A stretch of DNA of 63,689 bases, the filler included, from Stramenopiles sp. TOSAG23-6 (lineage: Eukaryota), in assembly GCA_900128565.1 (NCBI GenBank). It is 10 parts of 10 records of this genome, joined end to end, with 100 filler letters (N's around TTAATTAATTAA, not from the genome) between each part and the next. Parts side by side here need not be neighbours in the genome. Positions count along the whole stretch, not along the records: positions 31,958 to 38,232 come from LT636731.1; positions 38,333 to 44,601 come from LT636732.1; positions 44,702 to 50,969 come from LT636733.1; positions 51,070 to 57,330 come from LT636734.1; 6 more parts are not named here. One strand, given 5' to 3'. The notes beneath the pieces were generated by a model that was not told the origin of the DNA, made no database searches, and was given only the letters and a program-made list of their open reading frames with translations. The position numbers and the translations under genes were made by a program. Shown piece after piece: positions 38,163 to 51,071 of the stretch (position 1 is the stretch's first letter; every line of letters begins with the position of its first letter).

Positions 38163-39123
38163 ATGTATTGTAGAAAAATATTTCAAAAAAAATCTAAAAA
38201 AATTTGTTAGGTACAAAATTTCGTATGAAAAANNNNNNNNNNNNNNNNNNNNNNNNNNNNNNNNNNNNNNNNNNNNTTAATTAATTAANNNNNNNNNNNN
38301 NNNNNNNNNNNNNNNNNNNNNNNNNNNNNNNNTTCATTATGAATTTCAAATTTATTTTTTTTTCATACGAAATTTTGTACCTAACAATTTTTTTTCGATT
38401 GTGTTTTTTTTTTTTCACAATACATGCATCTGGATTCACTAAATTTGCCATGGCTATTTGATTCATACCGTCGATCTGAAGTCTGCGAAATTGATCATCC
38501 GTTGATCATATGGAATTTGACTCATGGAGTTATGAATCAAACTGATAATTGGTGTGAAAAAAATAGAAAAATAGATTTGAAACATAGAAATGACTTTCAG
38601 CAACAGCAACAAAAAAGTTTTTTTTGACTTTGGAAGTTCGAGAAAATTAGAAATAAATGGATTACGTGTGTTAGTTCATATGACTGGGTGACGTTACTGA
38701 AAGACTTGCAAGAAACTGAAACTGAATTACATCAAAGTTTGGACAGGCTTAAATAATAAACAATAAAACTTTCTAAGACTATTCATATTTTCTTTTTTGA
38801 TTGGAGGCTGAAAAAAAAAGGAATATTTCTTCAGTTAAACTGGATGAATCCTACTTCATCTACTCTATTTTCTCTGTAGCTAGTACTAGTATACTTAGTA
38901 GCAAGGTTGGTCATCCGTTTTGAACGTTTGAAGTCGCGCGATCCAGCTATATATATCGATATATCGGAGATTTTTTTTCTAAAAAGGGCCGACTGGACAC
39001 GGAGGGTATACGGAAGTACGCACTACGGAGGCCTCTATCGATACTTTTGGTACCATACTTTATCCTACTACTACTGGGTGTATCCTATATATAAAAGGCA
39101 GCATTATCTTTTCAAGGCTAACA

Positions 39124-41154
39124 ATGAATCAAGAACAACAAAATAACAGTGGTAAGAATGATTCGGAAATACAAGTGAAGCAAAAAAAGGTTAAAGAACT
39201 AAAGAAATTGTATCTGCAATGGGTTGACACCATGTCTTTGACTTTGTTTTTCATTGCCATATTCTTCATATGCGGGAATATAATGTCCCATCATAATCCT
39301 GACGGTCTTCCGGGCACTGGTGACGAATACCTTGGGAATATTGAATTGTTAAACAAAACAACAAATAATGCCATTCCAGAGTTAAATCAGAGAGGCCATG
39401 ATTGCCTTTCCGTTTCACCTTTTCTTGGTAAACAAAATGGAACACTCGAAGGGGAGTGGGTATGGGTTGATGGGCTTGCGACTACGACAAGACTACTTGC
39501 TGGTGATACCCAACCCACTAAAGTAAATGTAACCGGTAAAATTGCAGTTGCAAATTTTGGGGCTTCTCTTGATCATAAACCTGAATTTGTGTGTTTTCAT
39601 CATGATTTTTTTAACTAAATAATTGTTTGTACCAAAATTCGTACCTAACGAATTTCGAATTCTAAAATTTGTTTTTCACAATACATGGTGGAGGATTTTT
39701 TTACTCACACCAAGAAATGATTCAACACTTACATTCCGAAGGGGCTATCGGCGGCTTAATCTTGGCAAATGATTTTACAATTGAGGGCATAGGCCAGGGC
39801 CAGGGTTTTCATACTCCATATGAGTATCTTGAAGTTGATCAACCTGATATCTTTTTGGTTTGGATTACGGACTTTTACTTATTTCCAGGTGCACCTACCC
39901 ACAATGCGCCAATTCCAAAATACTTCTATGAAGAATTAGCCAAAAAGAGAGACAAACTTTTTGTTGGTGAGAGTAAGATAAGAATAAGTATCTTTGAAGA
40001 AGATCAGAAAACAGGAATTGTCGCCAAAAATCCATTTTTATGGTGCCAAGCCCACATTCTTTTGCCTTTGATGGGCATGTGTGTAATGAAAGTAGGTTTT
40101 AATACATTGGACGAAATGAACTTAAAATCGAATGCGATAAATGCTCCACGGGTCTCAATTTGGCTTGCAATTTTCACCTGTGTACTTCATGTCATCAAAT
40201 CGCCGATGCTTGGGGTGGGACTTTCGCACAGACACCTAGGAATTTGGGGTAGCGCTTATGGTTTTGGTTATAATTTCTTTAGTCCTTCCGGTGTAGCATT
40301 TTTCAATAATATCTTGGTCGGAATTTCTGTAATGGAACTAGTCAATGCTACTAAGAGAATGAGAAAACAAGCTCAAATTTTTAAAAAGTACAGAACTACT
40401 CTAATAATATCATTTATATTGACAGTCCCTCCTCCTTTTGTCATAACTTTCATTATGATACTTGGATTAATACCAATATATTATTTCGTAGTCTTTAGAC
40501 TCTTTGAAGATACATTTGGAGGTTTTTTATCAGGTGTATATTTTGTTGTTCAATTTATGCGACTTCTTCAAGTTATGGGTGAAAAACAGAGGAAAATGAA
40601 ATTAATGAGACGATCTCGAAATAAAAACAAAAAGAATGATAAACATTCTGCACAAATGCTAAAGCTTCAGCATATGACGTATTGGCTTGGCATCAATGCA
40701 TTTTTTCTACTTATTGCAACTATATTTAATTTAGGTACCTTCCTTCTATTTACTGGTGATGGATATACTATGGAAACGTTCTCGCATGTTTTTTGGTATA
40801 TAAGATATGTATTTCGAAAATCTATCGATGTAATCCTTGCATACTCAAAGATTAGATTGTTTGATCAAAGTGGTTTTCATCGGCGTAAGACTATGTACGT
40901 TTTCATCATTCATTCCAAAATTTTACTTAAATTTATTTTTTTTCGTACCAAAAGTTTTTGTACCTAACGATTTTTTTAAACCAAAAAAAAAAAAAAATTC
41001 ACAATAAATGGATAAAGTTGCCCAAACAATTTCAGGGAAAAGTCGACAGATGTCTCGTATGCTCAGACTGTCACAACGTAAAACTGATGAACAAATAGTT
41101 AAAGAAACTAAATTATTGCTTCAGAAATCTCAAGCAAGTGAAGAAAAGGCATAG
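39124..41154 (+). CDS. Multi-pass membrane protein with a PA-like ectodomain, 3 exons
   Basis: NVTGKIAVA...EGAIGGLILA PA-like motif and about 7 hydrophobic helices; introns 39589-39686 and 40895-41009 end AT and restore frame. Confidence 0.6.
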
Positions 41155-41361
41155 CTGTCTTGCTGTATATCAATCGATATTCCCTACTACCGTTAGGTTT
41201 AGTTACAAAACTTTCGTACGGAATCCAATAACAATTTATTTATTTTGAAAAAGAATAAAAAACCTGTTGACATCATAAATGTAACCGTAACGTCTTCTTT
41301 TGATGTTGACTTTTTTGCCTTACGATTTTTATATAAGATTTACAAAATTGACCCGTCAATT

Positions 41362-42624
41362 ATGAATGACTCACAGGATAGTAAATTTACTTCAGGTCTT
41401 TCGCTTAAGCGTATGCAGAAGGAGCAACGAGCAATTATACATCATGAATTTTCGAAGATGAGAAGGAAGGCGGAGCTTTGCCGTTCTAGACAAAAGAAAA
41501 CGATGAAATTAAAGAATAGGCACACTGCAGTTGGAGGAAAGAAAACAAATGATATTAAAATTCGTGAAGAAGAAAGTGAGACTCCAGTTGATAATAAATT
41601 TGCATTTATTAAAGAACATGAAGCAAAAATTGGAGATTTACTTAGACAAGACTTGTGTCAATGTAATTTCGAAGAGTATCAGACCTTTATTGCAAATCTC
41701 AAGGATAAAGTGAATCCAGATAGAGTTGAGTTACGCGAAATTAGAGACAGAAAGGCTTTGAAACTGAAAAATAATTGTACTAATCCCACTAAAGTAGAGT
41801 TAACAAACACTGGTCGCGATTTGGTTCTACCTTACTCAGAGATATCTGTTAAAAACTCTAGAAAGGAACGAGAACGACAAATGAGTTTTATGCTTGGAGA
41901 TGCGAAGTACAAAAGAAGTTTTCAAGTTGATAACGCTCAATACAAACAAAAATTATCACAAGGAAAAGTAATCGGAGTGAAAACATACATTAGTGACAAT
42001 AGTCTTGATGTAAATTCTCTTGAATCGGAACCAGATCTAGAAGATGAAGTGAAACTGCTACAATCCAAACTTAATACAACTGAGACTAAGTGCGACCAAC
42101 TTGAAAAAATGAATAATTTTCTCAATTCCAAAGCAGATGGAATATACCGTCGATGTACTCAGCTTGGTGCTAAAGAAAGCCAATGGAAAGATATGTTCAA
42201 AAAAGAAGCAGAAAATAGAATTAGAATTGACAATTTACTCAAAGAAAATGAAAGTTTAAAAAAGAGACTCACGGAGCTTAGACTTGCAGCTTCCCGAGAG
42301 CAGTCCAGTATAAAACAAAAAGATGGCTTACGGTTAGAAACTCGATACTACGTGAAACTATTAAAACGATTAAAAAGTCAGAATAGAATGATCAATGAAT
42401 TAAACCAAGAATTAGAACAAACAAAATCTGAAAATATAGAGTTGGAAAGAACAATCCGTGTATTAAAAGCAACAGCAAGCGCTAATAGTACAGCTAAGTC
42501 TAGTGATAATAGTCAAAGAGTCATCCCCACTTCAACTATGAGTGCTGTGGAAGCGGGAGAATTTCCTAAATTACGTCGAAATCATTTCAATGAGCACCAG
42601 AGTTTCGCAAATTTATATTATTAA
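41362..42624 (+). CDS. Coiled-coil protein
   Basis: About 420-aa intronless ORF with a heptad-rich C-terminal half. Confidence 0.6.
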   Translation: MNDSQDSKFTSGLSLKRMQKEQRAIIHHEFSKMRRKAELCRSRQKKTMKLKNRHTAVGGKKTNDIKIREEESETPVDNKFAFIKEHEAKIGDLLRQDLCQCNFEEYQTFIANLKDKVNPDRVELREIRDRKALKLKNNCTNPTKVELTNTGRDLVLPYSEISVKNSRKERERQMSFMLGDAKYKRSFQVDNAQYKQKLSQGKVIGVKTYISDNSLDVNSLESEPDLEDEVKLLQSKLNTTETKCDQLEKMNNFLNSKADGIYRRCTQLGAKESQWKDMFKKEAENRIRIDNLLKENESLKKRLTELRLAASREQSSIKQKDGLRLETRYYVKLLKRLKSQNRMINELNQELEQTKSENIELERTIRVLKATASANSTAKSSDNSQRVIPTSTMSAVEAGEFPKLRRNHFNEHQSFANLYY

Positions 42625-42780
42625 TAAACATTTTTTTTTCTCAACTTTTCTGATGTGTATTTGAAATCATTCTATTTGTTGTGCTCCCCAATTTTTGAAT
42701 TTTCGATATTCTTTTATGATTGCAATTATAGATTGTTTTTACCATTTTTTTTATCCACAGAGAAATTCTCCATCACAAAT

Positions 42781-44481
42781 TCATGATTTCCTTTTATTCA
42801 CAGAGAAATTCTCCATCACAAATTCATTATTGTCGTTCCCAGTGCCTTTAGGCTGTGCCTTAAGAGCTCTATTTAACATTTTTCGTACAGCATTTACATA
42901 AAGACACCAAGCTTGGCGTGCATCTGAGTTTGTTTCTATTGTATCTAGAGAGCTGTTTTGTACAAGTGCATCAAACAATATTCCAACTTCGTCAATATCT
43001 ACAACATAATCAACGCGATTAAGTCGATCTCGATTAGTCAATGACACCCAATTATCTTTTGAGAGAATCGGATCCATGTATTTTAGAAAAATATTTCACA
43101 CAACAAAAAAAATCGTTAGGTACAAAATTTCGTACGAAAAAAAAATCGAATTTGAAAAAAAAAGTAAAACATACATCAATGACGTCACAAGTTCTTCAAT
43201 AAAATTTCTAGTGTCCTCTTTTAATGCAATAGACATACGTATTAATCCTCGAATAATTAGCGGAAGTTTTTTATATATTTTGGGAAAATATTAAAAAAAA
43301 AAAAATGTTAAATATTTAATTTTTTTTTTTGAATTTGTACAAACTTCAATGTTGAAAACCTACACCTAACCGACCCCCAAAATTCTTTCTATCTGATTTA
43401 TCATCAGCGAATTCATTTTGTGTGTCTGAATTAGAATTCGAAGACTCAACATTTCCATTCATTGTTTTACTACCGTGTATTGAATTACCAGTAAGATTTC
43501 TTGTAGCATCCATATTTAAGTTATTGTCATTTTTAAGGGTATCACTTGACAAATTCGAACTTGTAATAGTTGTGTTTAAATTATTTGAAGCGTTATTTGA
43601 ATACTCATTTTTCGAAACTATTACGCCTGGCTTTTGTATCAGTGTATCATATATTCTAGTTGTTTCTCTCGTATAAGCAGCAATACTGACTCGATTGGCA
43701 CTCATCGCTGCACGAAATTGCCCCAGAGGAATAAGAAGAGAATTACGGATAGCAAATGAAAATTCGCCCTCGTGTATTGTGAAAAAATATTTTTTTTTGT
43801 AAAATTCGTTAGGTACAAAATTTCGTACGAAAAAAAAATTTCGAAATTGAAAAAAAATAAAACATACGTCTCCACGAATTATATTATTGTTTTCGTATCG
43901 ACTTTCATGTACAGCTGCTGTGTTTTGGACATGCCCACCTCGATTTCGACGAAGAATTTCAAAACCTCCACGAGCTCCAGCTTTTCCATTATTAGAAAAG
44001 TAAGAAATCATGTATTGTGAAAAAATTTAAAAAAAAATAAATTGTTAGGTACGAAATTTCGTACGAAAAAAATAAATTCGAAATTCGTTATGAAAACAAA
44101 CATGACATCAGCAAAATACTTAAAGTCCTTCCACTTAAACGCTTCAAATCGACGACGTGTCGTAAGCCGAGTGACTCGTATGGATGGTTTCAATCTAAAC
44201 TGATGGTGTAAAAGGAAGCAAGCACATGTATTGTGAAAAAATAAAGTTGAAATTCGAAATGGGTCGAAATATTTGTTAGGTACAAAATTTCGTATGAAAA
44301 AAACATAAATTTGAAATTCATAATGAAACGTACAAGTATACGTATGAGCTAAATCATGGGGAAGGCAGAATGTAACTCCAATAAAAGAGCAAACATCATC
44401 TGCATCTTGAAAAAATGGGTAATCAATGCAAGCGTCAGCAACACGCTGTATGTAATGTAAACACATATTCTTGTGGTACAA
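42781..44481 (-). CDS. Uncharacterised multi-exon protein, 5' end truncated
   Basis: Six exons join in frame across family introns (four end AT; 43772-43867 ends AC). Confidence 0.55.
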
Positions 44482-44758
44482 TAAAAAAATATTTAGTTGA
44501 GGAAATTTTCTGAAAAAAAAAATATATTTAAAAAAAAAATATTTAAAAAAAAAAAAAAAATCATTTGGTATACAATTATCAATATAAAATAAAACCTACT
44601 CNNNNNNNNNNNNNNNNNNNNNNNNNNNNNNNNNNNNNNNNNNNNTTAATTAATTAANNNNNNNNNNNNNNNNNNNNNNNNNNNNNNNNNNNNNNNNNNN
44701 NATTTCGTACCTAACAATTTTTTTTAGATTTTTTTTGAAATATTTTTTCACAATACTG

Positions 44759-45317
44759 AATTCCTCGTGATGACAATCTAAAAGGTCGAATGATTCGCGT
44801 AAATATTACAAATTCTGCTAAATGGCATGTTCTTGCAGAAGTTGTCTCTGTCGAAGGCATTGAAGGTCCTTATAAGAAGAAAGATTTTGTCGCGAAATCT
44901 GCGACTTCTCATAAAAAAAAGAACCTTCAAACTTTTGATATTGACCATAAGAAAAAAACCCTTCAAACTGTTAATAACCCTAACCCTAATGGTGAGTCTG
45001 GTTGTTGTGGTGGTAACTCTTGTAATCCGTCAAAACATGACAAGAAATTTAATAATCAAAATGCTAATACTGCTAATAATTGTGAAGAACGTACTAACGT
45101 TCATAATCAAGTTAGTGATAATAAGAAATCTGGTGAAAATAAATGTTGTGGTGGCGGAAGTTGTGGAGATAACCCTAACCCTAATGGAAAAAAAAAACTT
45201 AAAAATAATCGCGATAATGAAAATTTGTGCAGTGATCAGTCTACTATAAATTCAATAGATAAAAATGAGACCAAACAGAATCAAAGTATTTGGGAGAAAC
45301 TCATATCGTGGACATGA
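44759..45317 (+). CDS. Last exon of a CDKAL1/MtaB-like methylthiotransferase (TRAM domain plus Cys-rich tail)
   Basis: IPRDDNLKGRMIRVNITNSAKWHVLAEVV resembles the C-terminal TRAM domain of CDKAL1; preceded by the 3' end of a family intron. Confidence 0.55.
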
Positions 45318-45577
45318 ATAATATTGTTTCTCCCTTTGAACGTTTCTATAAATATATTGAATATTCGATTTCAATTTCAATTCTTTTATGTTTTTTCAAT
45401 GAACAAAACTGCTTTCCTTAAAAATAACAGTTACGTTAACCTTAGATTCTTTGAAGAAGACAGATCTTACTGTAAAACTACAAAACAAATCTGAACATAT
45501 AATAGAATAAAACGAATGCAACTGTAGATATTTTATTGCATTGACTACACGTGTTCTATATAGAGTAAATTGCAAGA

Positions 45578-48425
45578 ATGTCTCAATATTTTTCGGAAAG
45601 AAGTCATCGTAGGGGTTGGAATTCACCGAGAGAGAAGCGAGTAATTCGTAAGATACGATCAAACGTTGATGAGAACAGCAGTAAAGAGCCTCATAGAAGA
45701 TATTCTTCTGAAACCCCTCCACCTATTCCCATAAGATTATTAGAATCGACGCCACGTTCTATTAGTTCTATAAGCGCAAACTATCAACCGATAGAGAAAA
45801 CACCTTCAAAAAAAACGCAACCAAACAGACGACTATTTCGGGATAATGCCAGGATACCTCCCAGTGACGATTATAGTTATAGCCGCACTTCAAAATTATT
45901 AGATGATATTGAAATTGCTTTATCCAAGTTACCATCACGTACTAATTTTGAGAAGTTGAAATATCGATCCGATAGTGTGGACGAAGCCATTAGCTCTCCG
46001 CTTAGGTCAGAAGATCAAAAAAATCCAACTTTCGAAAAAAAAGACTCATTTGAGCAACAATATCTTGAGGTACAAAATGATAATCATGAATGGTTTCTAA
46101 ATCGCTATAGGGATCTTGTCGATGATGATCTTTTGACAGGGAGTGACACAAAAGTGAATCTTGAAACATCACAATCTTTCGATATTCAGGGCAGTAATAT
46201 GTCAAGTAGTGCAATTAATACACTTCTATTAACATACAAAGAAATTGATTCTGAAATCGATGAAACATTAAAAGACTTTTACGATTCAAATATTTTTCCA
46301 ACTGGACAGAGAAATCATGTTGAGTGTAGTTCAAAACATAATGAAGGACAGACATATGACGAATATCAAATGTTACACAAAATACAGAAAAAGGAATCCG
46401 ATAACTTCAATATTTTAACATTTGAAGACTTATTAAAGAATCCTCGAAGTCAACAGGAAAGTGCCAAGAAATACTTTTCAGAATTTGTTTTTGATATGGA
46501 AAATAATGTGAATAATTCACTGATGAATGTACCAAAAACACAGGAGTTTAATTTGCATGTAGAGAGTGGATACAAAACGAAGATGGGGTTAAGATACACA
46601 CAAAAGACTCTCTATAGAACAAAAAAAATAGCAAAAATTATCCGTGAAGAAAATTTAAAAGCATTACTCAAAGAAAGAGACATTCGCATTAAACACCGCG
46701 AAGAAGCTGGCTTAGAGATATTAGGACCTGATGATTTAATTGTAGAGTACAGGCGGCGCTATGCTCATCGATCTCTCTTAATTCGCCAAAACACTTTTAG
46801 AAAAAAAACATCCGGAGAAATTTACTCAAATGCATTCCGTAGCAAGTTCACTTGCAAAACGCTTGCAAATACCATCGTCGGGAGATCAAGGGAAGAAGTT
46901 GATTATAGAAGAACAAGAAGTTATCCAACCTCATATAATTTACACATTATTAGGTATTACTCCTCTGGAAGGAACCGACAAATCAAAACCACCAAAGGTA
47001 TACCCAGCCCGAGATACAATAGAAGACCCTGTATTTGACGCTATTTCTGCAAAAGTAGATCGAGATAGAAAAGGATTATGTACAAGGGAAGATGTATCTG
47101 AATTTTATAAATTATATTGTGGTGCGGGTGACATCACAAATGTTCCAGCTCTCGTCGGTGAGTATCTATCTAATTTTGTTGACACTTTATTTTCATTTGT
47201 GCCAAATGTTCCCAATAGATTATTCAGTTTGTATCTAAAGGCCATGTTCAGAGGTGAAAAAAGGGAACTTGTAAGAATGGCAAAGTTTATGGGAGTAATC
47301 AAACCTCTAATGAATAGTACAGACAAATACGAGTTATTAAACAGACGTTGGTCACCATTATCACCATTAATTATGCATTGTAAATTGTTCAAGCCTCTGT
47401 GTACTGCCATTGCTGGGACAGCGGAGGTAGCTGGACCTGATGGTGTTACCCATAATGGCATCTTATCTGCAGAGGATGTAAAACAATTCTGTTACGATAT
47501 TGCTGAAACAAGTGTGTCTAGTGATGTAAAAGCACTGAAACCTCTTCAATGGGTTGAAAAATCAAAGTTAATACGCGATGTGAAAGGAGGCACAACAATA
47601 CAACATTTAGCAGACGCTATAGGTCGAGTATATGTACACGATATTAGTGGTCTTGTAAATCTTGCTGATATAAAACAAGTTGTAATAGAATCACTATTTA
47701 GACATTTAGCTAAAAAAGAGAGAGAAATGTTGCGAAATGATCCGAATAAGAAGGGCAAGTCAATATATGTAGATGTTAGAGTTAATGAAATAACAAAGCA
47801 AATGAACATTGATAAAAATGGGCGAATATCGTCAAGTGAAATTGTAGAATTTTGCAAACGATTGATAAAGGCAATGGCAGATTCAAAATTGTCTGATGTA
47901 TTACAATTACCAATCCTTTTGACACGTTTCTGTCATATGTCTTCAGCAGATGTAATGGGCTGTAATATTGATAGATTTACACGCACTGTTGACGTACTTC
48001 TCGCAGGTGTAGATTCTGCGGACCAAATTTATAATACTTTAGTGACAAAAGTAAAAAAAGTAAAACAAAGCTTTATTAAGAAGAATGTAGAAAAAATAGA
48101 GGCAGATGTTGAACGTGTAGGTAGTGTTGTTTTACATGATGTTGAGCATGCAGGTAGTGTTGCTTTACATGATGTTGAACATGCAGGTAGTGTTGCTTTA
48201 CATGATGTTGAACATGCAGGTAGTGCCGCATTACACGACGTTGAGCATGCAGGTAGTGTCGCATTACACGACGTTGAGCATGCAGGTAGTGTCGCATTAC
48301 ACGACGTTGAACGTATATTTAAAAGACGACATAGAGGTAGATCGAAAGTACATGGCGGGGGTGAACAAACTATTGCTAAGAATATCACACAACAAAAGAA
48401 ACAGAAAAATTTAAAGAGAAGATGA
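45578..48425 (+). CDS. Large uncharacterised protein split into two overlapping frames (or two genes); EF-hand-like motifs and an 11-aa repeat
   Basis: ORFs 45578-47038 and 46782-48425 overlap; DRDRKGLCTREDV and NIDKNGRISSSEI are EF-like loops. Confidence 0.5.
48106..48312 (+). repeat. 33-nt tandem repeat, about 6 copies, encoding DVEHAGSVALH
   Basis: Repeated unit GAYGTTGARCATGCAGGTAGTGTYGCWTTACAY. Confidence 0.9.
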
Positions 48426-48480
48426 AAGAAAGCCTTTGAGTTTTGTTGAGTATTCTAAAAGTTATTAATAAAAATATAAA

Positions 48481-48711
48481 TCAATATGTTGCTTCTAAGC
48501 AATCCATTCGAATAACACTTGTGCCACGCAAAACAACCATACCAATTTCATTACGTTCTGTTTCGCTAACTACTTCGACAGCGTCATCTACCACAAGGTT
48601 CATGAACTGATCGAAGCCACGTAACACACCTTCGACCTCTCTTTTGGCATTCAATTTTACAGACATTTTCTTGTCCATATACTTCTTTAAATCAGGTCCT
48701 CTAGAAGCCAT
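48481..48711 (-). CDS. SNRPG: Small nuclear ribonucleoprotein G (SmG)
   Basis: PDLKKYMDKKMSVKLNAKREVEGVLRGFDQFMNLVVDDAVE...IGMVVLRG. Confidence 0.95.
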   Translation of the reverse strand: MASRGPDLKKYMDKKMSVKLNAKREVEGVLRGFDQFMNLVVDDAVEVVSETERNEIGMVVLRGTSVIRMDCLEATY

Positions 48712-49206
48712 ATTTGGTGAAATACTAGAAGATTAAATGACTTATTTCTTGAAACTAGAAGGGAATATTTCTCGATCGAAACAGACTGCTCGCGTATATT
48801 ACCTATGATCGAACCCGATCGATCGAACTTGATGCGAAAATTTTTCATTTTTTCATTTTTCTCTATTTTTTTCGACATCGAGCAGGTTTGTTCTATATAT
48901 ATTTTTGTTATTTTTTTTCAGAGGAACCACAGGAGCAACCCGCAAAAAAACTCAAAGAAAAGAATTTGTGGTGGTCGTGAAACTACCGAAAAAACTGTTC
49001 AAACGACAGGAGCAGTGCATTTAGATTTCTGTATTAAATATTTTGCGTCGAGAGTCACGTTGTTCGACGATTAATCATTGAGTTTTCTGGGCTTCTGTTT
49101 CAAGCAAATTGGTATATACTTGAATAAAAGGGATTGCATCGACAGACTGATTGTTGTAGCAGTGTAGTCGGAACACTTTATTTCTATTTGTTAGAACATT
49201 TTCAAT

Positions 49207-49881
49207 ATGAGTATGCACAGGGACGAAAAATATGACTACGTTTTCAAATTTGTAATCATTGGCGATACAGGCACTGGGAAATCCTGTTTATTACACCAAT
49301 TTGTTGATGGGAAATTTCGTAAAGGACCTACGAAACATACCATCGGAGTAGAGTTTGGATCTCGTGCAGTGACAATTGGTGGAAAAAAAATCAAGTTACA
49401 GATCTGGGATACTGCCGGACAAGAGCGGTTTCGTTCGGTAACTCGAAGTTATTACCGGGGAGCCGCTGGAGCTTTAATTGTATATGACTTAACAAATCGC
49501 GAAACATTTGAACACCTAAAAAACTGGTGTCATGACTCTCGTCTTCTAGCTAGTAAAGATATTTCGATAATGCTTATAGGAAACAAGTGTGATTTAAAGG
49601 GAGATCGATCTGTAAAGTTTTTAGAATCTAGCCGATTTGCACAGCAGCAAGATTGTATGTTTCTGGAAACATCAGCACTCACAGGAGAAAATGTTGACGA
49701 AGTATTTCTCAAATGTGCTCGAACTGTTTTAAACCGAATAGAAAGTGGTTTAATAGACCCCGTAACGTTTGCAGGTATTAGTGGAGAGAATGAGAGTGGT
49801 TTAAGTGAAAAGCTAAACTCGAATAGACGATGGATTTGCTGTAATTGCTGCAAAAAGGAAACGCAGGGGTCATGTTGCTGA
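49207..49881 (+). CDS. RAB4: Rab GTPase, Rab4-like
   Basis: [59 protein letters not shown]-terminal CC. Confidence 0.9.
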   Translation: MSMHRDEKYDYVFKFVIIGDTGTGKSCLLHQFVDGKFRKGPTKHTIGVEFGSRAVTIGGKKIKLQIWDTAGQERFRSVTRSYYRGAAGALIVYDLTNRETFEHLKNWCHDSRLLASKDISIMLIGNKCDLKGDRSVKFLESSRFAQQQDCMFLETSALTGENVDEVFLKCARTVLNRIESGLIDPVTFAGISGENESGLSEKLNSNRRWICCNCCKKETQGSCC

Positions 49882-50317
49882 AAAGGGAAAGAGTTAAAAA
49901 TTGAAAATAGTATATATTTTTTAAATGTAGACTAGCTTAGAAGAGAAATAAAAACTCAAAAAACAAAATGTTTTTTTTTCTTAGGTACAACATTTCGTAT
50001 GAAAACCAAAAAACCAAAAAGAAGAGAAACTACAGTCCTTTTTGTATAGTAAATTTGTATAAAAATATTTTTTTCTAATTGATTTTTGTATGGTACATTT
50101 GTATAGAAATATATTTTCTACGGTATACCTTGAAATAGTCTTGTATCAGGCAAAAACAAAATATAAGACTCTTCATAAATAAGAAATCAAAAGAGGCAAA
50201 GATTTTTTTTTAAATAGTTTTTCTATTTGTTTTATTGTTGAATAATAATATTTTCATTCTTTTTGACATTGGTCGTAGCGGAGCAAATAAAAAAAATGAC
50301 ACCATCGGACGATAATT

Positions 50318-50967
<650 letters not shown>

Positions 50968-51071
50968 CGNNNNNNNNNNNNNNNNNNNNNNNNNNNNNNN
51001 NNNNNNNNNNNNNTTAATTAATTAANNNNNNNNNNNNNNNNNNNNNNNNNNNNNNNNNNNNNNNNNNNNCT

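Noticed and set aside
48481-48711. SmG as part of a splicing-system gene cluster
   Set aside because: It shows that a conventional Sm core gene exists, but it looks ordinary and its presence here is coincidental given the concatenated contigs.
48481-49881. Alternative genetic code as the explanation for fragmented ORFs
   Set aside because: Conserved genes end at expected positions with TAA or TGA (SmG, Rab4, RPS18, ARP4), and fragmentation is explained by the introns.
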